Counted from the stretch's first letter, positions 29,058 to 39,072 are shown. The stretch is 64,000 bases of DNA from an uncultured archaeon (GCA_964590575.1 CAZPWM010000004.1:275-64274); one strand, 5' to 3'. Numbers and translations: made by a program. The notes: generated by a model not told the origin, from the letters alone.

Positions 29058-30065
29058 ATGTCCAAAGATTTAGAAAGAGCTCTATCTAAATTGAGATTCG
29101 ATGATCAAGTATTGGGTTATTCACTGATGACAAAGGTTGGAAGACCCTTTGTTAGTTTTGCATTTCCAGATGAACTATTTCCACGCGTTAAGGATAGCAT
29201 TAACCTATACAAATCTGAACTGCGTCTCATGACAATCGACACTGAACGAGGACTAGTTGTCCTATCACCTGTAGATAATAACTGGATTTTGACAGTTCTA
29301 TACGTCCCAGAGCTGCAGCTTGGATTGGCCATTGCTAAAACTAAGAATGTTTTGCGATTACTAGAAGGAATTGAACTTCCTCCTCCACCTGATGAATTCG
29401 AGGAATCCTCTGAATCAAATATTCAAGTATTGGAGAGCATTGCTATCAAAGCCGCCTCTGTTGAATCTGCAACCCCCGATGTAGGTTCGCTGACTCCAGA
29501 AGTCGATATTGCTACTTCGACTCCTGCTGTGGTAATACCAACACCCCCCGTTGAGGAGTTGCCACCCCCAGATGCTTTCAATGTTCAACCAATTACCGTG
29601 CCTGAAAGAGGACCTCGGTACTCGAACGCGCTAACCTTGGACTCTGCGCTTTATTTTGAGATGAAGAACTTATACCGCAACTTTGGGTTTGATGTTCTAA
29701 TGCTTGTCAACGGAACCATAAGTGTAGAGAAGATTGCGGACTCCATGTTTCAACCAAATGAAAGAGTAATTGACCTCCTAAAGTGGGGCGCCTCAAAGGG
29801 TATCATTAATGTTCCACAGCTTGCTGCAGGCGAAGAAGTTCCTTCTAAAACAAAAGGCACAATGGGTCGCTACGTAAAATGTCCTCGATTTGAGGGTGAT
29901 TTTGGCAAAGTTGAAAGCGGCGATCAAAGTATCATCAAAATGTGCGATGGAAATCGGACAACTGAACAGATTGCTGAGTCACTGAACCTTCCTTTGCCAA
30001 AGATTGTACAGACAGTCGCGAAATATAGAAAACATGGTCTAAAGCTAATTGGAAAGACCCTCTAA
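29058..30065 (+). CDS. Roadblock/LC7-domain fusion protein, paralog B
   Basis: LERALSKLRFDDQVLGYSLMTKVGRPFVSF N-terminus; LPPPP linker; C-terminal CPRFEGDFG...CDGNRTTEQIAESL aligned to paralog A. Confidence 0.6.
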   Translation: MSKDLERALSKLRFDDQVLGYSLMTKVGRPFVSFAFPDELFPRVKDSINLYKSELRLMTIDTERGLVVLSPVDNNWILTVLYVPELQLGLAIAKTKNVLRLLEGIELPPPPDEFEESSESNIQVLESIAIKAASVESATPDVGSLTPEVDIATSTPAVVIPTPPVEELPPPDAFNVQPITVPERGPRYSNALTLDSALYFEMKNLYRNFGFDVLMLVNGTISVEKIADSMFQPNERVIDLLKWGASKGIINVPQLAAGEEVPSKTKGTMGRYVKCPRFEGDFGKVESGDQSIIKMCDGNRTTEQIAESLNLPLPKIVQTVAKYRKHGLKLIGKTL

Positions 30066-30088
30066 ATTGCCACGTAGGTGTGACAAAA

Positions 30089-30562
30089 ATGCCTAAGATA
30101 GAAAATCCACTACTTGTTAGTCTCTATTCCTATTATGTCGAGAAGGTTCTTGAGGAAACTAGCAATATCGATGAAGCAAATCAAAGATTACGAACCCTTG
30201 GAAATGAAATTGGTCAGCAGGTTTACCTCAATACAGAGATTATAGAAAAGACAAAGGATAATGTTACGACGCGTGAGGATGTAGCAAAACTAATCGAGAT
30301 TGTCTACAGAGTTCTTTTTGATAAAAAACCAAAAGATATAGACATGAAAACAGCTCGTGGCTCTGTACGAATTACCGATGACCAATGTGTCTGGTGCCAA
30401 GAAGTCAATCTTGAAGGTATGCGTGGATTCGGATACTGCGAAGTCTTCAGTGGAATTCTTGAATCTGTACTCGAGTTCAAAGGTGTCGATGCAAAAGTCT
30501 TCCAAGAATTAAGTAAAGCTACAGGCGCTGATGCATGTGTCTGGAATGTCCGTTTAGTGTAA
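30089..30562 (+). CDS. V4R-domain (Bet3/TRAPP-like) protein, paralog B
   Basis: DDQCVWCQEV...GFGYCEVFSGILESV...ACVW parallels 27214-27717. Confidence 0.6.
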   Translation: MPKIENPLLVSLYSYYVEKVLEETSNIDEANQRLRTLGNEIGQQVYLNTEIIEKTKDNVTTREDVAKLIEIVYRVLFDKKPKDIDMKTARGSVRITDDQCVWCQEVNLEGMRGFGYCEVFSGILESVLEFKGVDAKVFQELSKATGADACVWNVRLV

Positions 30563-30631
30563 CTGTATCACATACACATAAATCACTTAACTATCAACTC
30601 ACCATCAATTAGTGAAATTGAGGCTCAAGAA

Positions 30632-31186
30632 ATGTCCAAGCAAGATGATATCATTCCATGGTGGCAAGGACGACTGAAAGAACGTGATCTTATGGTTGCA
30701 TTCTTTGCCAAGACCTGGAACAAGATTGGGAATCGGATAGCTGTAATGTTCCCCGATCGAGTAAAAGACCTATACTACTCAGCTGGGCGTCTTGCAGGAC
30801 TTGAAGCACAAAGAGAATACTTCAAAATTGGAAAGCAAAAGCCTCCCGGAGACTTCAAGGGTATCATAGAGTTCATCAAGATGGCTCTTGAAACTCTGAT
30901 TGTACCTTTTGGCGACATCAGGATAGCAAAACTCTACAAGCTTTGGCTGGATGAAGAAGCGATAATCGAGATTATTGATAATCCATACGCTTCAGGCTAT
31001 GACGCTGAAGAACCTTCGTGCTTCTTCTTGAAGGGATTCATTGAGGCTGTTCTCGAGTATCTAACCGACTTCAACCGAATTGAGTATGAGAAATTGATTG
31101 TAACTGAGGATACGTGCATATCGATTGGTGCCGAAACATGCACATTTAAGATTACAATGACTTATCCTGCACGTGGCACCCCCTAA
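30632..31186 (+). CDS. Third V4R-like protein
   Basis: C-terminal SCFFLKGFIEAVLEY...TCISIGAETCTF resembles the V4R core. Confidence 0.45.
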   Translation: MSKQDDIIPWWQGRLKERDLMVAFFAKTWNKIGNRIAVMFPDRVKDLYYSAGRLAGLEAQREYFKIGKQKPPGDFKGIIEFIKMALETLIVPFGDIRIAKLYKLWLDEEAIIEIIDNPYASGYDAEEPSCFFLKGFIEAVLEYLTDFNRIEYEKLIVTEDTCISIGAETCTFKITMTYPARGTP

Positions 31187-31257
31187 TAGTGCGAAATTTC
31201 AACAAACGTAGTTTTTAACTGCAAAACGCTATTAGGATTTGCTGTGGAAGTTAGAAC

Positions 31258-32073
31258 ATGAATAGACGTTTCACCAAACATATCCTAGTAGGACTTTCAC
31301 TGATCCTCCTTTCATGGGGCATTCTAGGTGTAGTTCTATCTGGTGTCAGTTTTGGTGGTGTTGAGCCTATGGCTCAGGATCTGTCGCCTTCTATTAATAG
31401 TGAAGATGGTTTTGTACACCTCAAGGCATTATCAATGTGGATTGGAAGTGCCACAAGTAATGAGAATCTAACAATGGATGCTGTACCATTCTCCTGGAAT
31501 TCGGGCGGCACAAACATAGCTTGGTCTGATGCGCTCTTCGCTGCGATTGATATTGGTTTCTTTGCATTTGCGATTGGAACAGTATCTATTGACAAGAGAG
31601 ACGACCGCAGACTGCAGAAGCTGCGAGATAGAATCCTTGACGAAGTCGCGGCCAACCCCGGCATCCATCTTCGCGAGCTTCATCGAATCATTGGATGTGC
31701 TATGGGTGCTCTCCAGTATCACCTTCGATTTCTAGAAGATGATGGGTCTGTCATTTCTCTCAGAAACGGTAACGTTAGACACATATTCTCACCGGACTAC
31801 TCATCTGATGAGAAGGTTATGTTGTTGACTGCACTAGCTAGGAACCCGACTGTTGGTTCCATTCTTGGAGAGTGTGCAGCTAACGGTCAAACAACTCAGG
31901 CAATCATCAGCAGGACATTAGATGTAGACAAGAGTCTCGTCTCCTATTACATCAGTAGTCTACTTGAGGCTGATATCCTCCGTTCAGTAAAGGTGTTTGG
32001 TAGAGAGAAGCCCGTCCTACTCACCGATTGGGCCCGTACAGCTATAGATTGTCAAGGCATTTTGATACAATAA
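31258..32073 (+). CDS. Membrane-anchored protein with two winged-helix DNA-binding-like domains
   Basis: N-terminal TM (ILVGLSLILLSWGILGVVL) plus two wHTH-like segments (IHLRELHRIIG..., SILGECAANGQTTQAIISRTL...). Confidence 0.5.
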   Translation: MNRRFTKHILVGLSLILLSWGILGVVLSGVSFGGVEPMAQDLSPSINSEDGFVHLKALSMWIGSATSNENLTMDAVPFSWNSGGTNIAWSDALFAAIDIGFFAFAIGTVSIDKRDDRRLQKLRDRILDEVAANPGIHLRELHRIIGCAMGALQYHLRFLEDDGSVISLRNGNVRHIFSPDYSSDEKVMLLTALARNPTVGSILGECAANGQTTQAIISRTLDVDKSLVSYYISSLLEADILRSVKVFGREKPVLLTDWARTAIDCQGILIQ

Positions 32074-32136
32074 TTGTTCGACCCTCATGCTTATCTTGGG
32101 TTGATATTCATTCGCCTTTATCCGAGGTAGTACAAT

Positions 32137-32889
32137 ATGGCTGATGACGATTACCTTGACGCAATTGATTATACGCGAGACGACTTAGATATAGACGATC
32201 TCGAAGAGGTTAAACATGCAGTTCGGCTCCAAGATGTCCATAGGACCTATAAACTGGATAAGAACGAGATTGGAGCTGTCATCGGAGTAAACCTCACTGT
32301 CGATACTGGTGAGTTTGTTGTCATCTCAGGTAAATCAGGCTCTGGAAAAACAACACTCCTGAATATAATCGGGGCAATTGATTTGGCAACTCGAGGACGT
32401 GTATTCCTAATGGATGTTCCAATCAATGATTATGACGAATCATTCAGAGCATCTTTCAGACTCAATAATACCGGCTTCATTTTTCAGAGTTACAACCTCG
32501 TTTCGACCTTAACTGCAATTGAGAATGTACTGTTTCCAATGCAACTCTCTGAAAAGAAGCAATCCGAATTGAGAGATGAAGCTATGAAGCTTCTCGAGAC
32601 TGTTAAAATGGATCATCGGGCTGATCATCTTCCTTGGCAACTCAGCTCTGGAGAACAACAACGAATTGCAATTGCTAGAGCAATGGCAAATGACCCTCCA
32701 ATCATACTCGCAGATGAGCCTACTGCAAACCTTGATGGAGATAGTGGACAGATGATACGTGATCTGCTAATTGATTTGAACAAACAGGGAAAAGTAGTGA
32801 TTGTGATGACCCACGATGAGGGCATAATTAACCAACCTAATATTCAGCATTATAAAATGGAGTCTGGAGTGCTAACGCGTTATGCCTGA
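32137..32889 (+). CDS. ABC transporter ATP-binding protein (MacB/LolD type)
   Basis: Walker A GKSGSGKTT, signature LSSGEQQR, Walker B ILADEPT. Confidence 0.8.
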   Translation: MADDDYLDAIDYTRDDLDIDDLEEVKHAVRLQDVHRTYKLDKNEIGAVIGVNLTVDTGEFVVISGKSGSGKTTLLNIIGAIDLATRGRVFLMDVPINDYDESFRASFRLNNTGFIFQSYNLVSTLTAIENVLFPMQLSEKKQSELRDEAMKLLETVKMDHRADHLPWQLSSGEQQRIAIARAMANDPPIILADEPTANLDGDSGQMIRDLLIDLNKQGKVVIVMTHDEGIINQPNIQHYKMESGVLTRYA

Positions 32890-34735
32890 CCATCAGATGT
32901 TTGCATCAAGGGACCTCAAGAGACGCCCATTCAGGACTACTCTCACACTGATTTCATTGACGAGTGTTGTCGCTGCTACTACATTCGTATTCCTATTTGG
33001 CAATGTTCTCCTTGATGTGTCATCCTTAGCTGTATCAAGCGCTTTGTCTTCATCTTTTGGTATGTTCTTCTCGACTTTCGTATGGACAATACTTCTATTG
33101 GTGTTTATACTTGGTATTGTTGTAGTTTCCACAACTATATCGCTAGAGATGGTGACCCGCCGTCGTGATATTGGTTTAATGAAATCAATTGGCACATTGC
33201 TGGACACAATCTTCGACTTTTTCATGGCACAGTCGGTAATCTTACTACTTGCAAGTATTATTCTTGGCCTAGCCGCTGGTACAATTATCTATATGATGGG
33301 TATGATATGGCTTAGTTCCATTATCCCAAATCTACAGTTTACAAATACCTTTCCTGTTCTTCAACTATCAGTCCTTGCAATAATCCTCACAATAGCTGGA
33401 TACCTGTCTGCTCAGAAACCAATATACGACACCGTTCAGGAGTTTCCCTCTCTTTCACTGAATCCTGATGTGGGCACGAAAGTCCGTGTTGCAGGCTTCC
33501 TAGATAGTTTTGGTCTATCCTTTCGTATTGCCACTAAAGGAACTGGTAGAAGACTAAAAGGGACCAGAAGAACTGTAATTTCTCTTTTTCTAAGTTTTAC
33601 TATCGCATCCATCCTCTGGATTGGAGGCGGTGTGGTTCATACCACCTCAAATGCTTATGTAACGCGCTCGATGGGGACAAACATAATCGCAGTAGGAACC
33701 CCCGATCTCTTGGATTCATACTATGACTCGTATTCACTCTATGGTTCTCCTCTCAATACCTCCTTTAATTTTCTAGATGTTGCAGATATGATTCCTGCTC
33801 CGTTAGTTGGAAATCTTACGAGTATTCTCGGAGTTACTAATGTCGAATCACGTCTGGTCATATATTCTGAAGTGCGGGAAGAACCGGGCATTATTTGGAA
33901 TGAGGAGTTTGAACATTACGAGTACATCGGTTTAGATCGCATATCTTCTGCTGTACTTGTCGGTGTAAACTGGGATAACACCATTTCTGACTGGTACTAT
34001 GAAGGTCGTATGATTGATAATATCAATCAGGTATGGATTGGTGGGAGGATGGCAAGTGACCTCTTCGAGGATCCATTCGTGCAGAAGCTGGGTGTACAAG
34101 GAGCAGTACTTGAGATCAAAGGGCAGGCTTTTGATATCTTGAATGGTGGGATGATGGCCATAATGGAGCTCTCCCAATTACAGAGCTACTACGGTGTTTC
34201 TGGAACTAATCTGGTTCTTGTTCAGCTCGATGAATACGACGACTCACTTATCTCGCAAATTGACACACTTGCAGAAAGTTATGGATTTGACACCTTCAGA
34301 CAACAAGATGTGTTAGAAAATAACATTGAAACAATCGATGCAATCTGGACCCTACTGAATCCAATAGTGATCGTGACACTCTTGAGTGCGTTTCTGAGTT
34401 TAATGAACTATCTACTTGTTTCTATATTTGGACGTTTGAATGACTATATCATCATGAGGTCTGTAGGAGCAAAACCCTCTTTCTTAGCAAAGGTAATGAT
34501 TGCTGAGGGGTTGGATGTGGGATTGAGAGCTGGCATTCCAGCAATAATAGTTGGTACTCTACTCAGTATTTATTCATTGATACCTGAAGCCGCTGTTTCC
34601 TCATTGGCATATCTTCCTGTATCAATTATAGCAATGTTGGTCGCTATGATTGTAGTCATAGTACTAGCATCGATACCTACGTACATCTTCTTTGCCACAA
34701 GGAATGATTTGAGAGTATCAGAGTTCTCATCTTGA
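32882..34735 (+). CDS. ABC transporter permease (FtsX/MacB-like, large extracytoplasmic domain)
   Basis: Two FtsX-like 4-TM modules separated by a roughly 230-aa soluble domain; 8-nt overlap with the ATPase gene. Confidence 0.7.
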   Translation: MPDHQMFASRDLKRRPFRTTLTLISLTSVVAATTFVFLFGNVLLDVSSLAVSSALSSSFGMFFSTFVWTILLLVFILGIVVVSTTISLEMVTRRRDIGLMKSIGTLLDTIFDFFMAQSVILLLASIILGLAAGTIIYMMGMIWLSSIIPNLQFTNTFPVLQLSVLAIILTIAGYLSAQKPIYDTVQEFPSLSLNPDVGTKVRVAGFLDSFGLSFRIATKGTGRRLKGTRRTVISLFLSFTIASILWIGGGVVHTTSNAYVTRSMGTNIIAVGTPDLLDSYYDSYSLYGSPLNTSFNFLDVADMIPAPLVGNLTSILGVTNVESRLVIYSEVREEPGIIWNEEFEHYEYIGLDRISSAVLVGVNWDNTISDWYYEGRMIDNINQVWIGGRMASDLFEDPFVQKLGVQGAVLEIKGQAFDILNGGMMAIMELSQLQSYYGVSGTNLVLVQLDEYDDSLISQIDTLAESYGFDTFRQQDVLENNIETIDAIWTLLNPIVIVTLLSAFLSLMNYLLVSIFGRLNDYIIMRSVGAKPSFLAKVMIAEGLDVGLRAGIPAIIVGTLLSIYSLIPEAAVSSLAYLPVSIIAMLVAMIVVIVLASIPTYIFFATRNDLRVSEFSS

Positions 34736-34784
34736 TAATAACGTTCTTTAGGTTCAGACCTTAGGGGTATCTGAGGAGTGTTAA

Positions 34785-36455
34785 ATGTCACCTGAGGATA
34801 TGCAGGACGAGGAGTTCTCAATACACTGGATAAGTGATATTGTTAACGAAGTATTGGAACGCGATGTTGATGAATATCTAATAGTGACAGGGAAGAGCAT
34901 GAGTGGTAGTGTTCATGCTGGGTTCATGAAAGAGATTATCATCGCAGATGTCATCAAACGGGAACTCCAGACATTGGGAAAGGATGCAAAGACTGTATTC
35001 ATCTCTGACGATTTTGATCCAATCCGGGCATTCCCTTCAAGTGTGACCCTCTCTCCTGAAGAATACATGGGTGTTCCATATTCTGATGCCCCTGATCCAC
35101 ATGGCTGTTGTGAAAGTCTAGGCGCACACTGGACAAATGAGTTGGTCGAAGCATTTCCAGAATTCGGGGCTGACCCTAAGGTCGTATCGCAATCAAAACT
35201 CTATGAAACAAAAGAGATGCTGGATGCTGTTCGTATCTGTCTGAACCAGACTGAAACAATCAGAGAGATACTAATCGAATATGTTGCTCGCGACTTTGAT
35301 GAGAAACAGAAGGCTGATTATATCGAATCCATGAAGACTTGGTATCCAGCTTCGGTTATTTGCCCAGAGTGTGGTAGGTTGCAGTCTGGTGGAAAGGGAT
35401 CAATTATACCCAACCGAGTGACAGGATATGATGCTGAGAGTGATGAGGTTTCCTACAAATGTGCACATTGCGGACATTCGGAAACTACTAAACTCGATAA
35501 ACTTAGGCTTAAGTTGTCATGGAGAGTTGATTGGCCAGCAAAATGGTACATAATGAAAACAACATGTGAACCTGCGGGAAAGGATCATGCAGTAAAAGGT
35601 GGTTCATATGATACTGGTCTAGAGATGTCTCGGCGAGTCTTTGGTTGGGAAGGTCCAGTTAAAGTCCCTTTCGAATGGGTTCGTCTTGGTGGACGAGATA
35701 TGGGCACATCGAGAGATGTGGTCTTTACCCCCCGAGCATGGTTGAATATTGCGCCTCCCGAGTTATTCAGGTACATGGTTCTGAGAACGGACCCCGAACG
35801 AGCTAATAACATCCAGACAGATCTCATTCCCGACTTGGTTGATATCTACGAAGCCTTCGAGCGAAACTACTATGGTTTTGATGATGCAGATAACGAAAAA
35901 CAGGACTTAGCAAAGGTTCTGTATCCTCTGACAGAGGTCCGTCCAGTTAGTGATGAATACATTCCAAAACTCTCCTTCAAATTTGCTGTAGTGACATCAC
36001 AGCTTCAGGGAATCCTAAGTGAAGAAACAATTTTGGAACGATGTTATGAAGTCTTGAAGAAACAACACAACCTTGCCACTATATCATCTGAGTCAAAATC
36101 ATTGATACCAACAAGACTCTCAAGAGCTTTGCATTGGGCCAAAGAATTTGGAAGTGCACAGGACCAAGTTGAGGTCCCTGATACAGTTTCCAAGGAAATT
36201 CGAGATACATTAACGGATGATGACCGAGCTTTCCTTAGGAAGTTTGTCGCGGTTCTGAAAGGTGACACTCTTGACGACGAGGAATTACAAGGAAAGGTAT
36301 TTGAAACTGCTCGAGAAGTGGGTCTGAAGGACAAGAGGGCGTTTATTGTTCTCTATAGGATTTTGATCTCTCGTAAATCCGGTCCCCGACTTGGAGGATT
36401 CCTGAATCTCTTAGGCAATGAATGGGTCCTCAATCGCATAATGAGTGTGTTATAA
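34785..36455 (+). CDS. lysK: Lysyl-tRNA synthetase, class I
   Basis: N-terminal TGKSMSGSVHAGFMKE (HIGH-class variant of LysRS-I), Zn-binding CPECG...CAHCGH, 556 aa. Confidence 0.7.
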   Translation: MSPEDMQDEEFSIHWISDIVNEVLERDVDEYLIVTGKSMSGSVHAGFMKEIIIADVIKRELQTLGKDAKTVFISDDFDPIRAFPSSVTLSPEEYMGVPYSDAPDPHGCCESLGAHWTNELVEAFPEFGADPKVVSQSKLYETKEMLDAVRICLNQTETIREILIEYVARDFDEKQKADYIESMKTWYPASVICPECGRLQSGGKGSIIPNRVTGYDAESDEVSYKCAHCGHSETTKLDKLRLKLSWRVDWPAKWYIMKTTCEPAGKDHAVKGGSYDTGLEMSRRVFGWEGPVKVPFEWVRLGGRDMGTSRDVVFTPRAWLNIAPPELFRYMVLRTDPERANNIQTDLIPDLVDIYEAFERNYYGFDDADNEKQDLAKVLYPLTEVRPVSDEYIPKLSFKFAVVTSQLQGILSEETILERCYEVLKKQHNLATISSESKSLIPTRLSRALHWAKEFGSAQDQVEVPDTVSKEIRDTLTDDDRAFLRKFVAVLKGDTLDDEELQGKVFETAREVGLKDKRAFIVLYRILISRKSGPRLGGFLNLLGNEWVLNRIMSVL

Positions 36456-36528
36456 GTCCCCTCAACACGTTTATTAACGCTATACAAGTCGGCGAAGCCC
36501 GGCCTATAGTCCTGGATTTGTGAAACCC

Positions 36529-37251
36529 ATGCTTGGATCTTTGAGAGAACGATACCAACGTGTGATGATGCCAGTTGGTAAAACAATCGCAAGAACTGGT
36601 ATCACTCCCAACATGATTACTGGATTGACCGTTCTTGTTGCACTTGTTAGTGCTTGGTTCTTCGTACTGGGTGAACTCTTTATCGGTTTCTTGTTTATGA
36701 TTCTCACAGTTGTCATGGACATGTTCGATGGTGCTGTTGCACGTGCTGCGGGGTTATCCTCAAAATTTGGAGCTACATTCGACCATACTCTTGATCGCTA
36801 TACAGAGTTCCTTTTCTTACTAGGACTCATGTTAGGACCTCTCGGTACAGTAGCAATTCCTTGGTGGAATGTTGGCGACACCTTCATTCCTTGGTTTTGG
36901 GGATACTTCACACTATTTGGTATGATAATGGCAAGTTTCACTCGTGCAAAAGCTGAATCTGTTGGTGGTATGGAGAGCTGTACAGTTGGTATTGCAGAAA
37001 GGCAGGAAAAGTTGACTCTTCAGTTTGCAGGAATTCTACTTCTGCTAATCCCTTCAACCAATATTTGGGAAGACTTGCTGATTCCAATCCCTGTCCTCTT
37101 AGACTTCTTCACAATGTTAGATATCACAAATATCCTAACTCTTTGTATTGTGATTGTTGGAATATTATCTCACATTACCGTGGCTCAAAGACTTGCATAC
37201 GCTCGTAAGATAATTACTGCCTCTGAACAGGGAGAATCTTCAGATGTATGA
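36529..37251 (+). CDS. CDP-alcohol phosphatidyltransferase (archaetidylinositol-phosphate synthase-like)
   Basis: MDMFDGAVARAAG...GATFDHTLDRYTE matches the D-G-x2-A-R...G-x3-D-x3-D motif; six TM segments. Confidence 0.7.
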   Translation: MLGSLRERYQRVMMPVGKTIARTGITPNMITGLTVLVALVSAWFFVLGELFIGFLFMILTVVMDMFDGAVARAAGLSSKFGATFDHTLDRYTEFLFLLGLMLGPLGTVAIPWWNVGDTFIPWFWGYFTLFGMIMASFTRAKAESVGGMESCTVGIAERQEKLTLQFAGILLLLIPSTNIWEDLLIPIPVLLDFFTMLDITNILTLCIVIVGILSHITVAQRLAYARKIITASEQGESSDV

Positions 37252-38122
37252 CATCGTCGTGTTTGGTAATCCCATATTCCACAATAGTGGATTAAATGGA
37301 CCATGTATTTACTCTGCAGCAACAGCTGCAAAAATTGGCTTCGAACAAATGGCTCTTGTGAGTTCAATTGGACCACAATTGGTTGACCGGTTCATCCAAG
37401 GAGTGGACGCGCTAGATATTCCGGAATACTTCATTATCGAAGCAAATGGTCCCGGTGCCGTGGAGTTACGAAACCCATCACTTAATGGTGAACATAGTAT
37501 TCTAGGGGTTCCAAATAAAATCACCATTCGTGATATTCCTGAGGAGTTTCTCAAGACACAAGCTATTCTGTTGAGTCCTTCCCTACAAGAAATCAGCGCG
37601 GAATTGGTTGAATGGATATGCAATTCAACGGATGCCCTAGTTTTTCTAGACCCGCAGCTTCGAGAGGTCAATTCAAAGGGTCAAGTAGAATTCATTCGTG
37701 AGTTCAGTGTAACTGAGAAAACCCAAAGTTACATTGATATCATTAAACCAAATCAGCTAGAATCAAAGATGATAACCGGAGAATCAGATCCATTCTTAGC
37801 TGCAGAGTTAATTGTTGAATGGGCATCAGAAACCTGTGTCATTACTCTCGGAGAAAATGGTTGTCTTGTTTATGATGGGACTGACTTCAGTAAAATCCCC
37901 TCCTATAGGACCAAGGAAGTGGATGCGATAGGTGCAGGAGATGTATTTTTAGCTGCCTTTGCCTCGCAATCGATTGCAGGAAAAGCACTTTCTGACTGTG
38001 GTATATATGCTTCATCTATTGCTAGTTTGAAAGTAGAAAATCAAGGTCTCGATTTTCAAATTAATGACCACGAAATCAGACTTCGATCTGATGCAATCCG
38101 AGATTCAGTAGAGGTTCGTTAG
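37244..38122 (+). CDS. PfkB-family kinase
   Basis: DAIGAGDVFLAAF (GAGD signature); 8-nt overlap with the preceding CDP-alcohol phosphatidyltransferase. Confidence 0.55.
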   Translation: MYDIVVFGNPIFHNSGLNGPCIYSAATAAKIGFEQMALVSSIGPQLVDRFIQGVDALDIPEYFIIEANGPGAVELRNPSLNGEHSILGVPNKITIRDIPEEFLKTQAILLSPSLQEISAELVEWICNSTDALVFLDPQLREVNSKGQVEFIREFSVTEKTQSYIDIIKPNQLESKMITGESDPFLAAELIVEWASETCVITLGENGCLVYDGTDFSKIPSYRTKEVDAIGAGDVFLAAFASQSIAGKALSDCGIYASSIASLKVENQGLDFQINDHEIRLRSDAIRDSVEVR

Positions 38123-38140
38123 TGACTTTCGTCAAGCTTT

Positions 38141-38497
38141 CTATGATGTCTGATCAAATACCAGATTCATTGTTTTTGTAAGGAAAGATTTTGCTTCCGA
38201 CATGGCCTTTCCACCTTTCTCTGTTATCGCATAGTATTTCCTAGGAGAATCGTCTTTTCTCTGTTCTTCAATGAGCCCGTCTTTTATTAGACGATATATA
38301 ATCGCATATCCACTAACGGTAGCTGGTGAAAATCCGAAGCGTTTGTTGATTAGTTCTTTAATTTCATATCCATAGTGAGGTCGCTCTTGTAAAAGCCTGA
38401 GAATGTACATCCAGAGCATCTCTTTAGTCAGTTTGTTTGCAAGTCTTGTCATTGCTTTGGGTTGTTGGCTTTGATTGGATATGTCATCATCTAGCAT
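38141..38497 (-). CDS. PadR-family transcriptional regulator
   Basis: MYILRLLQERPHYGYEIKELINKRFGFSPATVSGYAIIYRLIKDGLI wHTH. Confidence 0.7.
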   Translation of the reverse strand: MLDDDISNQSQQPKAMTRLANKLTKEMLWMYILRLLQERPHYGYEIKELINKRFGFSPATVSGYAIIYRLIKDGLIEEQRKDDSPRKYYAITEKGGKAMSEAKSFLTKTMNLVFDQTS

Positions 38498-39072
38498 TAT
38501 CTGACCATCCCTTCGAACTCGGAGATTATTGCTGCAAGACAGTGGCTACTAAGATAACTCTTTTTCCCCAGTGATATTCGTGGAAGATTATACTGAGATA
38601 TTGTACCCTCTGACTGAGAATCGAAGCCGCGATGGTCTCCAAGCATAAAACTGTTCTGAGTATCAAGACGAACAGTCTGAGCTTCAAACAAATTAATATC
38701 CTCTTCATCTAAGACCCAGAGTCTGGAATCATCTTCCTGGTTCAATCTATTGATGACATCATCCAGAGTTCCATCAGAAACATCAATATAGTTGGGCGGG
38801 TTTTCCCTCAATGAATATCGAATCACTGATGCCCATTCCACTTCTCCACTAGGAATTATATCCTGCGGATTACTGAATGTGAGAATCTTAGTGTTCGCAA
38901 TCACAGCAATCATTTCGAGATTCGACTTTGGCCAAGATTTCGGTCCCCATGAGAAGCAAGCTGCGAGATCCCTACAGAGTACATCTATTCGTTTCCCGGA
39001 ACCGGGTAGATCTTTAAGAAGGAAATCTCCTGTAGGTGACACTTGTGGTAGAATCTGCACGAATCTTAGCAT
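38497..39072 (-). CDS. trmY: tRNA (pseudouridine54-N1)-methyltransferase TrmY-like (SPOUT)
   Basis: LKDLPGSGKRIDVLCRDLAACF parallels the DLPGSxGRxDxLCR region of archaeal TrmY. Confidence 0.6.
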   Translation of the reverse strand: MLRFVQILPQVSPTGDFLLKDLPGSGKRIDVLCRDLAACFSWGPKSWPKSNLEMIAVIANTKILTFSNPQDIIPSGEVEWASVIRYSLRENPPNYIDVSDGTLDDVINRLNQEDDSRLWVLDEEDINLFEAQTVRLDTQNSFMLGDHRGFDSQSEGTISQYNLPRISLGKKSYLSSHCLAAIISEFEGMVR

